Assembly (NCBI RefSeq): GCF_036971445.1
Contig: NC_091470.1
Location: 291,710,001-291,774,000, forward strand
Origin: Narcine bancroftii
Lineage: Eukaryota
Length of the DNA: 64,000 nt
Direction: 5' to 3'
Shown: piece by piece, positions 51,019-63,810 of the stretch
Layout: each line of letters starts with the position of its first letter
How positions within the stretch are numbered: the first letter of the stretch is position 1
The notes under the pieces: model-generated
Databases searched by the model: none
Told to the model about the DNA's origin: nothing
Seen by the model: the letters and a program-made list of their open reading frames with translations, nothing else
Made by a program: the position numbers and the translations under genes

Positions 51019-51989
51019 ACATGTAAAAGAAATCAGAAATTTCTATTTTGAACGATGTGTCTCATCACATCCGAAATCGAGTGTTTTCTACCCCAACATA
51101 TGCCAAAGTACCCTTCTCGGTATCAATGAGCAAATAGGGAAACAATACATTTTCATTGAAATCCTTGATAAACTACCGCTGGGAGAGAAAACAAAATCCT
51201 GATTTAAATGGTTACAATCCTTATTGGTAAATGGATTTTAATTAATTGTGGTACGATTCTGGTTGAACGCCAGTGTCCCCCGCTTTAAAAATTATTCTTG
51301 TATAATTGACATCGAGCTCTAAAGTGAGAAATATTTATAGAATTGGCGTAACTTTAATAGGTCTGAATTTTTAAAAAAATCTAACTATCGTGGTCATTAG
51401 AATTCTCCAGTGCATTTGGATGGGAATCCAATACTTTTAGATTCTGTTATGTTTAAATTTAGGCAAATCAGTTTGATGTAAAATTGTTTAAAATTAAGTC
51501 CAGGCTGCCTCTTTTAACAAATTACAGATTCAAACTAGAATGACTGCAAGCAGGCTGCATGTGTTTGTTATTCAGAGGTACGAGCAGTGTACATTCATTT
51601 TGAATATGTAGTTGATAAACAGAAATTGAACTTGAGTGATATAAATATTTGCAAGACCTCTGCATCTTAATTGAAACTAAAAAATACTCAAATGTCCAGA
51701 AATTTCAAGGTCCTTAATCTATCAAAATCTTAGCCCATCAATGTGCAAGAGCATTATTGTGAATCCCAAAGGTGGGGTTATTTGGAGAAATGATATAGAC
51801 ACTCATTATTTGAATGCTCATCCTACAAGGTTTGCAGAAGGACTCCGGCCTGAACCGTCGATTATTACAGCTTTACCTCTTATGAACGCTGTAAAACCTG
51901 CTGAGTTCCTTCAACATTTCTGTGTTTATACCACAATCACAGCATTTGCAGACTTTTCTGTTTCACTATCTACTTGCATGGTCACTTTC

Positions 51990-53020
51990 AGGGACCAATG
52001 GGCTTGTATCCGCAGACCTCTCTGTGCTATTAAAGATCCTGTATACTACCCCCTTAAATTTGATCTGCAGAAGTGCAAATCTTCACTCCTGCTCAGATTA
52101 GACTCCACTTGTCATTTTTCTACCTATACCTGTAAATTATTTGAATCCTGTACTCTCCTTTGACAACGTTCTACGGTGTCCATAATTCCACTAATTGTTG
52201 TATTGTCTGCAAGCTTATTAACCCACCATTTACTTTTTTAAATATCCAGGTCACTTGTGTACATCACAAACAACAGGGGTCCTAGCCACAAACCCTGCAG
52301 AACACCACTGATCAAGGGTCTCCAGCCACAATAAAACAGTTCACCTTCTACCCTCTGTTTCCTATGAGCAAATCATTCTCAATTCAAACTATCATTTCAC
52401 TGTAGATTTCATGCATCTTAAACCTGGATCCATCACTCATAGGCATGTTGTCAAATGCCTTACTAAAATCCATGTAGACAACATATACTGGCATTTTTAA
52501 GACATGACTGACCAAACAAATCCATGTCAACTGACCCTAATTTGGCCATACTTTTCCAAATGTGTATAAATCCTATCTGCAAATATTCTCTCCAATAACC
52601 TCATTGCCAATGATGTGAATCTTACTGTTCTGTAATATCCTGGATTATTCTTATTTCCCTTCTTGATCAAAGCAACAGCATTGGCAACTCTCCCTCTGGG
52701 TCCTTGCTTATTGCTAGTGATTATACAAACATCGTCAGGGCCCCAATAATCTTTTTCCTCTTGCCACATCACATCAGGCATTGAGGACGTCTGCCTTGAT
52801 GGTCTTCAAAAGACACAGCACTACTTCTTTCTTGATGGCTCTTGCTATCCTCCATGTCGTTCTCCTTAGTGAATTCTGATGCAAAATACTCACAGTGCCA
52901 TGTCCTCTGATTCCAAGCATAATTTTTTGCTTCATCTTTGAGTGGTCCTACCCTCTGCTTGGTTATCCTTTGCTTTTGAATGTCTAAAATGCCTTGGGAT
53001 TCTGGATGATTGAATTCCAC
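51990..53020 (-). mobile_element. Degraded CR1 RT fragment
   Basis: ANAVALIKKGNKNNPGYYRTV…LLERI, gtctacatggattttagtaaggcatttgac (YMDFSKAFD). Confidence 0.75.
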
Positions 53021-54769
53021 TCATGTTAATGCTATCAAGTTTTAATGTATAACTTGCTGTTCCTTTTAGAGGTTAAACATAGTTAGAAGTTGTGGCCCAA
53101 TACAGATTCCTGGGTATTACTCACTAACCAGATGCAATACATCCTTGAGGTAATACATGAACCTTTGTCCCTGCTCTGTCCTACCACCTAAAGAATTTGA
53201 TTCCTTTGTCAATAGGTAACATCCACTTTTTGTTTTGGTCATTATTTAGTATATTCTAGAAATGTATGAAGTAACAAATATAGGAACTTTCTGATTTGTC
53301 ACATTAGTGGTCTAAAAAAAAACGACACTTTTTCTTTGGCAAATTCATTCTTGCTTCCCATTCAATTCATATTTGACAGTGCTCTGTAACTCAGTACCTA
53401 ATACATTCCAATAATTTCCCCATCAAAAACAAGATGAATAGGTCAATAATTATCAGAGGTTCTGTCATTACAAATTGAAAACGGGAGGGAGAAATGAGGA
53501 GTGGCTTAGCATGGATTGAATTCCACATGGATCAGAATGAAAAGACTGGTGGAAATGACACTGAAAGTAGCATCTGTTGAGTTTAGCAATTCATTACACA
53601 TCTCTTTTTTTTTTAAATGTTATGGAATTAAATATTTTGCACTTTTTTGAACAATAGCTCCTGAAGTATTTAAATTCATTTTGTTAGAGTAAAATGTCTC
53701 AATCTGCTTTGGTATAAGCACCAAATAGTAAACTTCTGGTTTTGTTTTTTTTTAACTCGGCATATTAAAGTAGGTTTTCAAGCTACAGGTTTTAAAACTC
53801 ATTGCTAAAGTAACTTGAACAAATAAATTATGTAACAACTAGTTTTATTTATTAAAGCTTCCTAATGAATTACCATTTGTGCACTTGTTTTATGAAATGA
53901 ATGGCTATGAAGTGATCTAATATTGTATTCCATTAATGACACTGATTGCTTGAATCCCTTTTACAGATTCTGAGCCAATTATATTATGTCTTGTCTTGCA
54001 TTATTGAGAAAAATGCTCTTAAGTGGTAGGATCTGCAAACTCTTGTGTTACTGCTTTAACAAGCAAACAAGAGCTATCGTTAAAACATCATTTATTGAAG
54101 ACAAGAACTCTTAATGGAACAGCAGTATTTGATGCAACAACAGATGGCAGTCATTCTACATGGTGCACTACATTAATGCCTTTGTATACACTATGTAACT
54201 TCCTTTTCAAAAAGGACCTAAACACATGCTGAGCAATTATTCACACGGTTGTACAATAGGTTGATGATAGTTTATTATCATATACATGAGTACAATGTAC
54301 AGATGCATTGAAATTTTTGCAGCTACACATGCATAAAATACACTAACAATGAGTATGATTTAAACTGACACAATGTGCCATGAGAGAAAAAAAGACAATG
54401 AATGTAACTGGTGGTCAACTAGAAAATCTGCAGATGCTGGTGGTTAGTGCAGAACACAGAAGTACTGAAAAAACTCAGCAGGTCATGCAGCATCCATTGA
54501 AAGAAGGCAATTGAAGTTTCAGACCTACGTCCTTCTTCAGGAATGCCAAAATCAGACAGATGCCTGAATAAAAAGGTGGGGTGAAGAGAGCAGGGAGGAA
54601 CACAGACAAGCAGGTAAGAGGTAATGGGTGGATACAGGTGGGAGGGTAGAAGGAGATGTGACGGGGAGAGGGCAGATAGCTAAGAAAGGAAAGAGCATGG
54701 GGATCTGGAGGGTGAGAGACCAGGTGAGGTGGGGGGGGGGGGGGGGTTAATAGAAATTGGAGGTCGATA

Positions 54770-55330
54770 GAGATTCAACCAGAAACAGACCCTTCAGCTT
54801 GTCCTTGCAGACCAGGTTTCCATCTCATTTCCCTTTGTTAGGCACATATCCCTTCAAAGCTTTCTCTCTAAATCTTTCCCACCCAAGTACCTGTTTCATT
54901 CCATCTGCCCACCACTCCTGATGTGGAAAATGTTGACCCTCGGGGGTTGCTTTTAAAACTTTTCCCTTGTGTTAAACTCCTTGCTCCCTCGTTTGAGGCC
55001 CCTGCCCTGAAAAAGACTGATCTATGCCTCTCATGATTTAGTGCACTTCTGCAAGTCAACCCTCAGTCTTCTACCCTCCAGGGAAAAATGACCCAGCCTC
55101 TCGTAATGTCCATAACGTTTTGCACACTTAACACCTTAATAACATCCTTCTTGTAGCTGGACAATCAGAACTGTCCAAGTATTCCAAAAATAGCTTCACA
55201 AACATCATGTATATATCTATAAACTTCCCAACTCCTGTACTCAATACCCTGATCAGTGAAAGCAAGCCCTCCATCACCACTCTGTCTATATGCACCTGAA
55301 CACAATCCAGGGCCCTGCCATTTACTGTGC
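54770..55330 (-). mobile_element. Degraded CR1 3' fragment
   Basis: CR1 C-terminal and tail phrases (aacttcccaactcctgtactcaataccctg; cagacccttcagc). Confidence 0.6.
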
Positions 55331-56455
55331 AAGTTCTTCCCTTGAATGATAAAGCAGATGGTTGACCCACATTTGCTATTGTCTGTTTAACTATATCCTG
55401 ACATTGGGGGAGCCCAGCATATGTGTGCCAAAGCAAGCTAGCTTGAAAATGCTTAAAATAGTTGTAACACCATAATTATGCTCAGTTGGTACTACTCTTT
55501 ACCCTATCTTCACATGCCATCCACTGCAGATGGTGGCAAATGTCATCATTGGGTTTGTCCTTTGCTGTCAAATATCTCCCAATGTATAGTTCACAATTTC
55601 ATTGATAATTTTTTAATGACTTGTTGTTGAAACAGGTTGGAAGAAAGGCTTGGTTTTCCTGATGCTGACTTTAAGGCTAATTCTCATGTATGCTTCAGTG
55701 AGGGAGTTTGTGATTGCTTGGAAATTAGCATGGGCAGTTCTTACAGGTTGGATTGGTCTTGGTATCGGGGCTGAATAGTTTCCAATTTGGCCAACAGACT
55801 CGTTCTCATCCATTCATCAGAAAGGAATATTGGTAATGATCTTTTCTAATTTTCATCCTGCTAATGAAGGGGTATGAACAGGGTATTTTTGTAATGTGGA
55901 TACCAAGGAATAATCTCCACAAGATCAATTCTGTTAAAGAGTTTGTGGGATTAACATCTAGTTTGGCTCATAAAGGTGAAGGAGCATCATTTTTACACTT
56001 GTTTACTGATAACTGTTGTCACTTCTTCCACTGAAATATGCGAATTATCAGTGATCTGAATTAAGCATTTTGATTGACAGGAAAATTGAAGTACATTATA
56101 TGATTAGCCGGTAGTTTGTATTATGAGTAGATTAGTGCAATTCTTATTTTGTTTTATTCCATTTTTAATTTTCCTTGACATTAATATGTTTCTCATGGAT
56201 TAAGTAAATCACTGATTTGAAATATGTTAGTGAATGACATGATATAAATGTTTATTCTTCCCTTGGAAATGCAGCTTGGACAAAAATACTGAATTTTCTT
56301 TATCCAAGTTTGAAATCCTTAGAATTCACTTTTTCCTGATGAATATTTACTTTCATTGCTTTGGGAAAGAACATTCTGTTTTTATATTCATCACTTTTAC
56401 TGTAGTTTGTGCAAATTAATTTCAAAGTGTAAAATAATATGTCTTTTGGAAACAG

Positions 56456-56561
56456 TGAAGATGATGACAATGAACATCTGTTCCAAGATCCTGATCATGA
56501 CATCCCTCATCAGAAAATTACAAAGAAGCTCTGTAACAAAGTTAAATGGATACCTGATGAG
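56456..56561 (+). CDS. MYBL1: MYBL1 coding exon 2 (106 nt; EDDDNEHLFQDPDHDIPHQKITKKLCNKVKWIPDE)
   Basis: Acceptor aaacag|, donor GAG|gtaaat; acidic stretch plus start of Myb repeat R1 (KKL.N.VKW..DE is A-MYB-like); phases agree with exons 1 and 3. Confidence 0.9.
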
Positions 56562-56639
56562 GTAAATCTAAGGAGTTCATTGCACGACGAAGGGCTTTTT
56601 TGATCATGTAAATGCAATTTAAGAACTCCAGCTCGAAAT

Positions 56640-56830
56640 ATCATGTTAGCACAACTCTCAGTGACCTGGGTTTGAATCTGCTGCTGTCTGTAAGGAGTTT
56701 GTATGTACTTGTGTCCTACGTGGGGTTTCTCTGGTTTCTTCCCACCCTGCAAAACATATAGTTAATTGGGTGTAATTAGGCAGCATGGGGTTCATGGGCC
56801 AGCAGGACTTTCTACTGTGCTGTACTGTAT
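56640..56830 (+). mobile_element. tRNA-derived V-SINE-like element
   Basis: gacctgggtttgaatctg (B box), tctgtaaggagtttgtatg, ggtttc…ttcttcccac core. Confidence 0.7.
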
Positions 56831-57036
56831 CATTAAAATTAAATCAAGAAAATAATTTTATTAATGCTGTAATAGTAAAAGTGTAAGCTGGTTTCTGTCT
56901 GAATTCTTGTAGATATACCATTCTGTAGATGCTTTTGCCAAGATTTTAAAAAGGTCTTGGTTGTTCTAGTTTCTGCCATAATCCCTGTGGCTTTCTTTTA
57001 TTAATGGTAATTTTTCTGCCCCCTTTTGTTAAACAG

Positions 57037-57108
57037 GATGAGAAGTTAAAGAAGTTGGTAGAAGAACATGGTACAGAAGATTGGAATTTTATTGCTAGTC
57101 ATTTTCTT
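57037..57108 (+). CDS. MYBL1: MYBL1 coding exon 3 (72 nt; DEKLKKLVEEHGTEDWNFIASHFL), Myb repeat R1
   Basis: Acceptor ttttgttaaacag|, donor |gtaagt; canonical Myb R1 helices; synteny with VCPIP1 supports MYBL1 over MYB or MYBL2. Exon 4 not found in the window. Confidence 0.93.
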
Positions 57109-58454
57109 GTAAGTGTTCAATAATTGAATTGTGATTATTTTTAAAAAATTTTTTTAAAGCCATAATGTTAATGTGATTGGTTAAAACCATTCATTAAAGA
57201 GAATAGTACTGCTTCTAACTATTTTGTAGCTAGAATTTCCAGGAGAAAATATAAGTATAGGGAGAGTAATTTCTTATTTTGTGAGTTCTGTCACCATCGG
57301 TTCATCTTTGTGATTTTATTGGGAGTTCCAATTTTGAATTAGGATGCAGATGAATTACTTTTTTTTCTCAACTGGCAAAAAAGGAAACTGAGAAGGAACT
57401 AATCTTTAATTTCAAATAATAATTAACTTTTTAAATATATCATTGTCTATTTACATCAATTAGAGCATGACTTTAAAAGAATAAATCTCTTCAGTAGGAG
57501 TTTAATACATTGATGCAAGTAAATTACAGCAACATTTGCTGAACAGGGCATCTCCTTTATTGAATAAAATTAAAGGAATAAGAAAGTGGTGGGAATAATG
57601 GTAAAAGAAAATTTGTTCAGCTAACAAAAGGAATAGAGAGCAAAAGACAGACTGTTGAAAAACAGGAAAAACAAAAAGCAATTTTTTTCAGGAATCATAA
57701 ATCTTGTCAATAAAATGTTCCTTGGCACAATTAATTACAAGCCTGAGGCTTTTGAGGTGTATTTAGCATCTGACAAACATAATTTCTTGAATCTAACTGG
57801 ATGTTTGATGGTGAACTGCTGCCTTTACTATTCTAACCATCAAACATCAATTTATACCAATCCATTGCATTCACCTGACATTTCCAACAGCTACCCCAGC
57901 TTCTACTGCTTATCTTTACATTGGAGTGTGGTCCTCAAGAGGAGAGGAGAAGGATGATGGGGGTGGGGGGAGGGTGAGAGAACAATTTATAGTGGTCAAC
58001 AAACTTACTTGGCATGTTGTTTGAAATTTTGGAGAATGTACACAAAGTCAAGATTAAGGCAGTCTCTGTAGCTATAAAGCAGCAACTCAACTGTCCATAC
58101 TACTGTACCACACTAATCTGTGATTTGTGAATTTATGTAAAAGATTGGAGATCAGACTAAATATTTAATTGAGAAAGATATTTGGGGACCAAAGATAGAT
58201 AAGACATGTTAATTAAGAGGGAGAGCTAGTATTTTGAGAATAGCAGTAGTAGTGATGGAATAAATAGTTATGCTTCTTAGAATTGACATGGCATTTAGAA
58301 TTTTGTTTTGAAGATTCCTGCACTCTGAGCTGGAAGAAGATATGAGGCCTCTTATCTTGGTCATGAACTTTTGTGACAAAGGCTGGACAGAGGATATCCT
58401 TGTTTGTACATCCAAAATGATGGGAAGTACAGTTGGTTGGAAGATATTGCTTGA

Positions 58455-58665
58455 ATCTGTGGAACTTGTTGCCACAGGCAGCTGTGGAACGAGGTTGTTG
58501 GGTGTATTTAAGGCAGAGATTGACAGGTATTTGATAGTTAGGACATCATGGATTATGGGGAGAAAGCCGGGGAGTGGGGCTGAGTAGGAGGATGGATCAG
58601 CTCATGATTGGAATGGTGGAGCAGACTCAGTGGACCAATTTGCCTACTACTCCTGTGATCTCTTG
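58455..58665 (+). mobile_element. CR1 3' tail
   Basis: aatctgtggaacttgttgccacaggcagctgtgga…tttaaggcagagattgacagg…cagactcagtggacca. Confidence 0.75.
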
Positions 58666-58848
58666 GAGCAAAGCAACCTGTTTTAGCCTCTGTTTTAACA
58701 GAAGGCCCTCTTATGTATTGTTGAATTCCTTGATACTTCATTGATTTTTTCCAGTTACGGTATGCGCCACTTAACATCCACGATATGTTCTGTGAAATTG
58801 GGCATTATGAGATTGTGGATGTTGTGCAAACACCATATTACTGTGTAT

Positions 58849-59527
58849 CGGGGTGGCCAACCTTTTACATTCCATGCGTCAATTTTTTCACACACAAGTT
58901 CAGATGCACCACACAATTCTTGTACCCTTTACAATTCTTGTAAAAATGTTAATATCGACACATTTAGCATTTTTGCATTATATATTGATTTAATATAAAA
59001 ACAATATAAACATTACTTACCTTAATGAGACTTTTGAGCCTGTTTTGATTTTGCCAAGCTTTTAATGTTACAAAACTGCAAACGTACACAAAGGACGAAC
59101 AAACCACAACACCGTGGTGCACGATTGTCAATTGTAAACTGACTGACAAAAACCTCCGACGCACTGCTGGTGCAGATGCCTGGCACTTCAGGATCAAATA
59201 AATATCAAACTGCAGAACAAAAGTCCTTTCCTAGTTTGACTCATTGAACATTTTTTAAAAATTAAAATAGATTAATTTGAAACAAGATAACATTTGCCAA
59301 AAGATGTGCATGAAATAATAAAATCACTAAAGATAATTGCTAAGTTTTAGATTTATTCTTAGTAAAACCTATTTCAATCTCTAAGTTACTTGAATTCCTG
59401 TTATATATTTTTTCTACTAATTGGTTTTGGTTAATACTTTTTGCATCAGTAGGCTTACTTTTTTATTCATATCACTGGGGTACAATGTGCCACTTTTGGC
59501 GCATTCGCCATAGGTTGGCCATCTCTG
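58849..59527. mobile_element. hAT-type non-autonomous DNA transposon
   Basis: Termini C(A)GGGGTGGCCAACC…GGTTGGCCATCTCTG; degenerate 8-bp TSD ctgtgtat/ctgtatgt. Confidence 0.65.
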
Positions 59528-59757
59528 CTGTATGTACTTAGCAAAGCTATATAGGATACTGAACTTTAATTGTTTAATTTTTTTTCACTTAAACTTTTTG
59601 TAAACACTTTCTTAGCCTATATCACATAATTTAACAAAGAGGATCATCCACATCACTGTTCTCAACTTCCTCATAGTGTTCCACTAGAAGAGTTTCAGGT
59701 CGAATAAACTCAATTGATGAACTGTCACTCTGTAATGCTCTTTTTGGAGAGGTACCA

Positions 59758-60782
59758 TGGAACACTACAGCACAGAAAACAGGCCATTTGTCCTTTCTAG
59801 TCTGTGCCAAAATGTTATTCCACTAGTCCCATTGACCTGCACCCAGTCCATAACCCTCTAGTCCTCTCAAATCCATGTATCTATCCAATTTATTCTTAAA
59901 ACTTAAGAATGAGACCGCATTTATCTTAACAGATGGCAGCTTGTTCCACACTCCCACCATTTTCTGAGTGAAAAAGTTCTCCCTAATGTTCCCCCTAAGC
60001 CTTTCACCCTAAAGCCATGTCCTCTTGTATTTGTCTCTCCTAATTTAAGTGGAAAGAGCCTACTCAAATTTACTGTCTATACCCCTCGTAATTTTGTGAA
60101 CCTCTATCAAATCTCCCCTCATTCTTCTACAGTCCAATAAAGTCCTAACCTGTTTTAATCTTTCCCTCTAACTCAACTCCGGAAGATCCGGCAACATACT
60201 AGAAAATCTTCTCTGCACTCTTTCAACCTTACTGATATCCTTCCTGTAATTTCGTGACCAGAGCTGCACACAATACTCCAAATTTGGCCTTGTCAATGTC
60301 TTTTACAACCTCACCATAACATTCCAACTCCTGTACTCAATACTTTGATTTATGAAGGCAAAGATGCCAAAAGCTTTCTTTACAATCCTGTCCACCTGTG
60401 ATGCCACTTTCTGGGAATTATTTATCTGTATTCCCAGATCCCTTTGTTCCTCCACATTCCTCAGTGTTTTTGTCCCTCCAAAATGCAACACCTCACACTT
60501 ATCTGCATTATATTCCATTGGCCATTTTCTGGCCCATTTTTCCAGTTGGTCCAGATCCCTCTGCAAGCTTTGAAAGCCTTCTTCATTGTCCACAACACCT
60601 CTAATCTGAGTTCATTCAGCAAACTTGCTGATCCAATTTCCCACACTATCAGCAGATCATTGATATAGACCACAATGGTCCCAGCACCACTAATCACAGG
60701 CCTCCAGTCTGACAAGTAATCATTCACTACCACTCTCTGTCTTCTCCCATTCAGCCAATTTTGAATCCAGTTTATAACCTCT
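59758..60782 (-). mobile_element. CR1 LINE 3' ~1 kb
   Basis: [30 protein letters not shown]…QRDLGIQI…KKAFGIFAFI; tail matches the copy at 22750-23200. Confidence 0.92.
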
Positions 60783-62775
60783 GGGTGGTGAGGGGGTTGC
60801 AGCGTGATCGGTAATGGTCTCCGGAACCCCTGAGAGCACCAGGCCCCTAATAGAGATTTTGGAGGTTGGTGTCATGGTCTTGTAGGTCAAGGTCTACCAT
60901 TCAGTCCATCTCCCGCTGGAAGACTGCCAGTATATTTGTGGTCCTTCTCGAAACCAGAATATGGGTGGTCCTCCAGGCAGATGAGGAGCTGATGGTATGC
61001 TGACTTTAGGTCAGTGGTGAAGAAAACCCGATATTGCGTGATTTGGTTTACCATATCGGATATGCGGGGAGAGGGTACACGTCCAGCTGAGTGCATCTGT
61101 TAATGGTTTGACTGTAGTTGATGGCCATTCTCACCACCACCACTTAGGCTCTCCAAGAGCTGATGCTGGGTTCAATGATCCCCTCACTGAGTAGCCGTTG
61201 TACCTCCATCTTAATGAAGGCACTGTACCACCTACTTTTGGTGGTAATGGGTTTACAATCAGGGATGAAGTTAGCAAACAGCAGTGGAGGGGTGATCTTG
61301 AGAGTCTGCAGGTTGTGCGCTGTGGGCCATCTTGGCTGGGAGTGGTGAGGGAAGAAGCCAGCGGGTTTATGCTGGTGGAGACCAGTGGGCGATTTAAGAA
61401 CTGCTAGTTACAGACAGTGTGGGGGGGGGGGGGGCATCAAATTCTATCATCATGCTTTTAAGGTGGCATTAGAGGTCCAGTCCCGGTAGCATGGCACCGC
61501 AATGCTGTGATATCACCAGGAGTTTAAAGTCTTTGTAGACAGTGCCCCACATGGTCAGGGTCACTACACAGTAGTCGTGGACATCAGCTGTACGGGTCTT
61601 TGAGGCAAAGGAGACTTTGTGGCTCACAGGCTTAACCACGAGGGATTAATACTGCACTGTATCTGGGTGAATGAAGCTCTCTGTGCTCCCACTATTGAAC
61701 AGCCAGCTCGTCACATAGCCATTTACCTGGATGTCCATCATCGATCTGGCAAACTGGTGAGGATTACCTTTGTCCAGCGTGATGGAGGCCAGTGTTGAGT
61801 CACTGCCTGTAGCTGCGGTGGAGAGTTTGTGTGTTCGGTTGCAAGGTGACGGTATCCAAGATGGTGGCCGCCACGGCTCACACATGGCGTTGATGTGCCT
61901 CAAATATGGTGGCGTCAAAGGTGGCGGCTCCGACGGTCCACGTGCGGCGTTACTGGGTTGAGGTGGCTTGGACTTGCATACTTTCGCGTATTGCTCTTTC
62001 TTCCCGCAGTTGGAGAAGACCGCTTCTTTTGCCAAGCAGTGTTTCCTCGGGTGTTTGCTCAGACCACAGAAGTAGCACTTCGGGTGCTCAGGAGTACAGA
62101 GGCCGTGGTCGGATCGTTGGGGGGATGTGGCGATAGCGGTGTTAGGTGTTTGGATTGATGGTGGTGCATGGCGGTGGCAACGCATCCCAAGATGGTGGTG
62201 TCCACGTTGTTGGACGAGTAGCCTTAAATATTCTTGAGGGCCACCTCCAGTGCGCCTGTCAGTTTGACTGCTCTCTGCAAATTGAGCTCACCTTGTTCCA
62301 ATGGTCTTTGACAGGTGTAATTGGACCTGATGACTGCGACATATGCATCTCTTGTCAGATCCTCCATGTTCTCCATGGCTGTCACGGCCTTGTAGTCCCA
62401 GTCCCGTCCAAGAATTGGTAGGGTCAGGAGATACTCAGCGCTCAATTCCCCGGGTCACTGTTTTCGGATGGCTAGGAAGCGTCTCGAGTAGACCTCATTT
62501 ACCTTCTTCAGGTTCTGGCCTTTCAGAATGTCCATCACCTCCGAGTTTGACACAGTATCCCTGGTCATTGAGTATACCAGGGGCTGACCCGGGAGTGTTG
62601 TATCTGCAGCTTGTCATTCTCTAATTGGACGATGGCAGATGATGCCTACAGGATCGCTTCAAAGCAATGCAGCCAGAGTTCAAAGTTGGTGGAGGCTTCA
62701 GGTGATTGTGGATCGATTCCCAACTTCTCCTGCTTCAGGATCTGCTCCATTGTCAAAATCTATTGTGAATAAAAT
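60783..62775 (-). mobile_element. Gypsy (Mag-like) LTR retrotransposon internal region: gag (ATG 62750), two CCHC knuckles, protease, partial RT; decayed and truncated
   Basis: MEQILKQEKLGIDP… gag start; CYFCGLSKHPRKHC and (C)SNCGKKEQYAKVC; LF(D/N)SGSTESFI protease; FFTTDLKSAYHQL RT motif. Confidence 0.85.
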
Positions 62776-62997
62776 TGATGCACCATCAATAACTCCAAAA
62801 GACTGGAAGTTATGTGAAACTGATAGGCTTTTATTCGCAATAGAATGGAGCCACGTCCATTCTAGTCGACTGTCCTGAACTGGGGAGGGGGCTGTGGAAC
62901 AGTCACCTTTGTTCAGGAGTCTGTGGGAGGAGCCACAGGTACAGTCGGCCAATGGGTGTGCCCAGACAGTTAAATATACAAATGGTGGTTTACCACA
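62776..62997 (-). mobile_element. 5' LTR (222 bp) of the Gypsy element
   Basis: Minus strand TGTGGTAAAC…AATAAAAGC…GGTGCATCA, TG…CA ends, 25 nt upstream of the gag ATG. Confidence 0.85.
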
Positions 62998-63810
62998 CAC
63001 ATGCCCTTCATGGTCACATCATCTCTGGCCCAACAAGGTTCTTTATGCAATGTAAAATGTTGTACTCCTTCCAGAACTGCATCAGTGTCATCAGTTGCAG
63101 TAACAGCCTGAGCAAAGGTCCTCCTCGGGTAGTAGGCCTTGAATGCTGCAATAACCCCTTGGTCCATTGGCTGAATGAAAGAGGTGGTGTTTGGTGGGAG
63201 GAACGCCACTTTGACGTTGGGTTGGAGGTCACCAATGAAAGGGGGAAGTCCTGGAGCATTGTCTACAATTAGCAAAATCTTGAAAGGTATGCCTTCTTCG
63301 AAGCAGTACTTCTCCATTTCACTGGCATATCAATTGAGAAACAGGATTTGTGTTATCCAGGACTTTTTATTGCTCCTGTAATAAGATGGCAAGGTGTGTT
63401 TGTTAATGTTCTTGAAAGCCTTGGGTTTTTCACTAAGCCAAATAAGAAATGGCCTTAATTTGTAGCCAGCAACATTGCCTCCTAACAACACTGTCACTCT
63501 GTCTTTAAAAGCCGTAAAGCCTGGCATTGACTTGGCCTCCTTATGAATGAAGATCCTTTCAGGCATTTGCTTTCAGAATAAGAAGGTTTTGTCCATATTA
63601 AAAGTTTGCTGGGGCAAATAAGCTCCCTCTATAATTACCATAGTTTATCTAAGGTTTCAACAAATTCTTCTGCCTTCGCATCAGCACTTGCAGACTCATC
63701 ACTCACTTTCATATGATGCAGCAAAAACATTGTTTGAAGCGCCCGAACCACCCAGAGCGAGCATTAATCTCAATATCCTAATCTGGTCCTGCTTTTTCTT
63801 TAAGCATGTG
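62998..63810 (-). mobile_element. Tigger1-like pogo transposase pseudogene (CENP-B-type HTH end + DDE_1 domain)
   Basis: SGWFGRFK, ESASAD, MPERIFIHKEAKSMPGF.AFKDRVTVLLGGN, KILLIVDNAPG, FLPPNTTSFIQPMDQGVIAAFKAYY; stops and frameshifts. Confidence 0.9.

Noticed and set aside
49475-51022. Multiple 60-130 aa ORFs in the MYBL1 CpG island (similarly 13227-13907)
   Set aside because: Expected by-product of GC-rich sequence; no recognisable domains.
62970-63810. Domesticated TIGD/JRK-type gene
   Set aside because: Stops, frameshifts and interruption by LTR insertions indicate a dead transposase.
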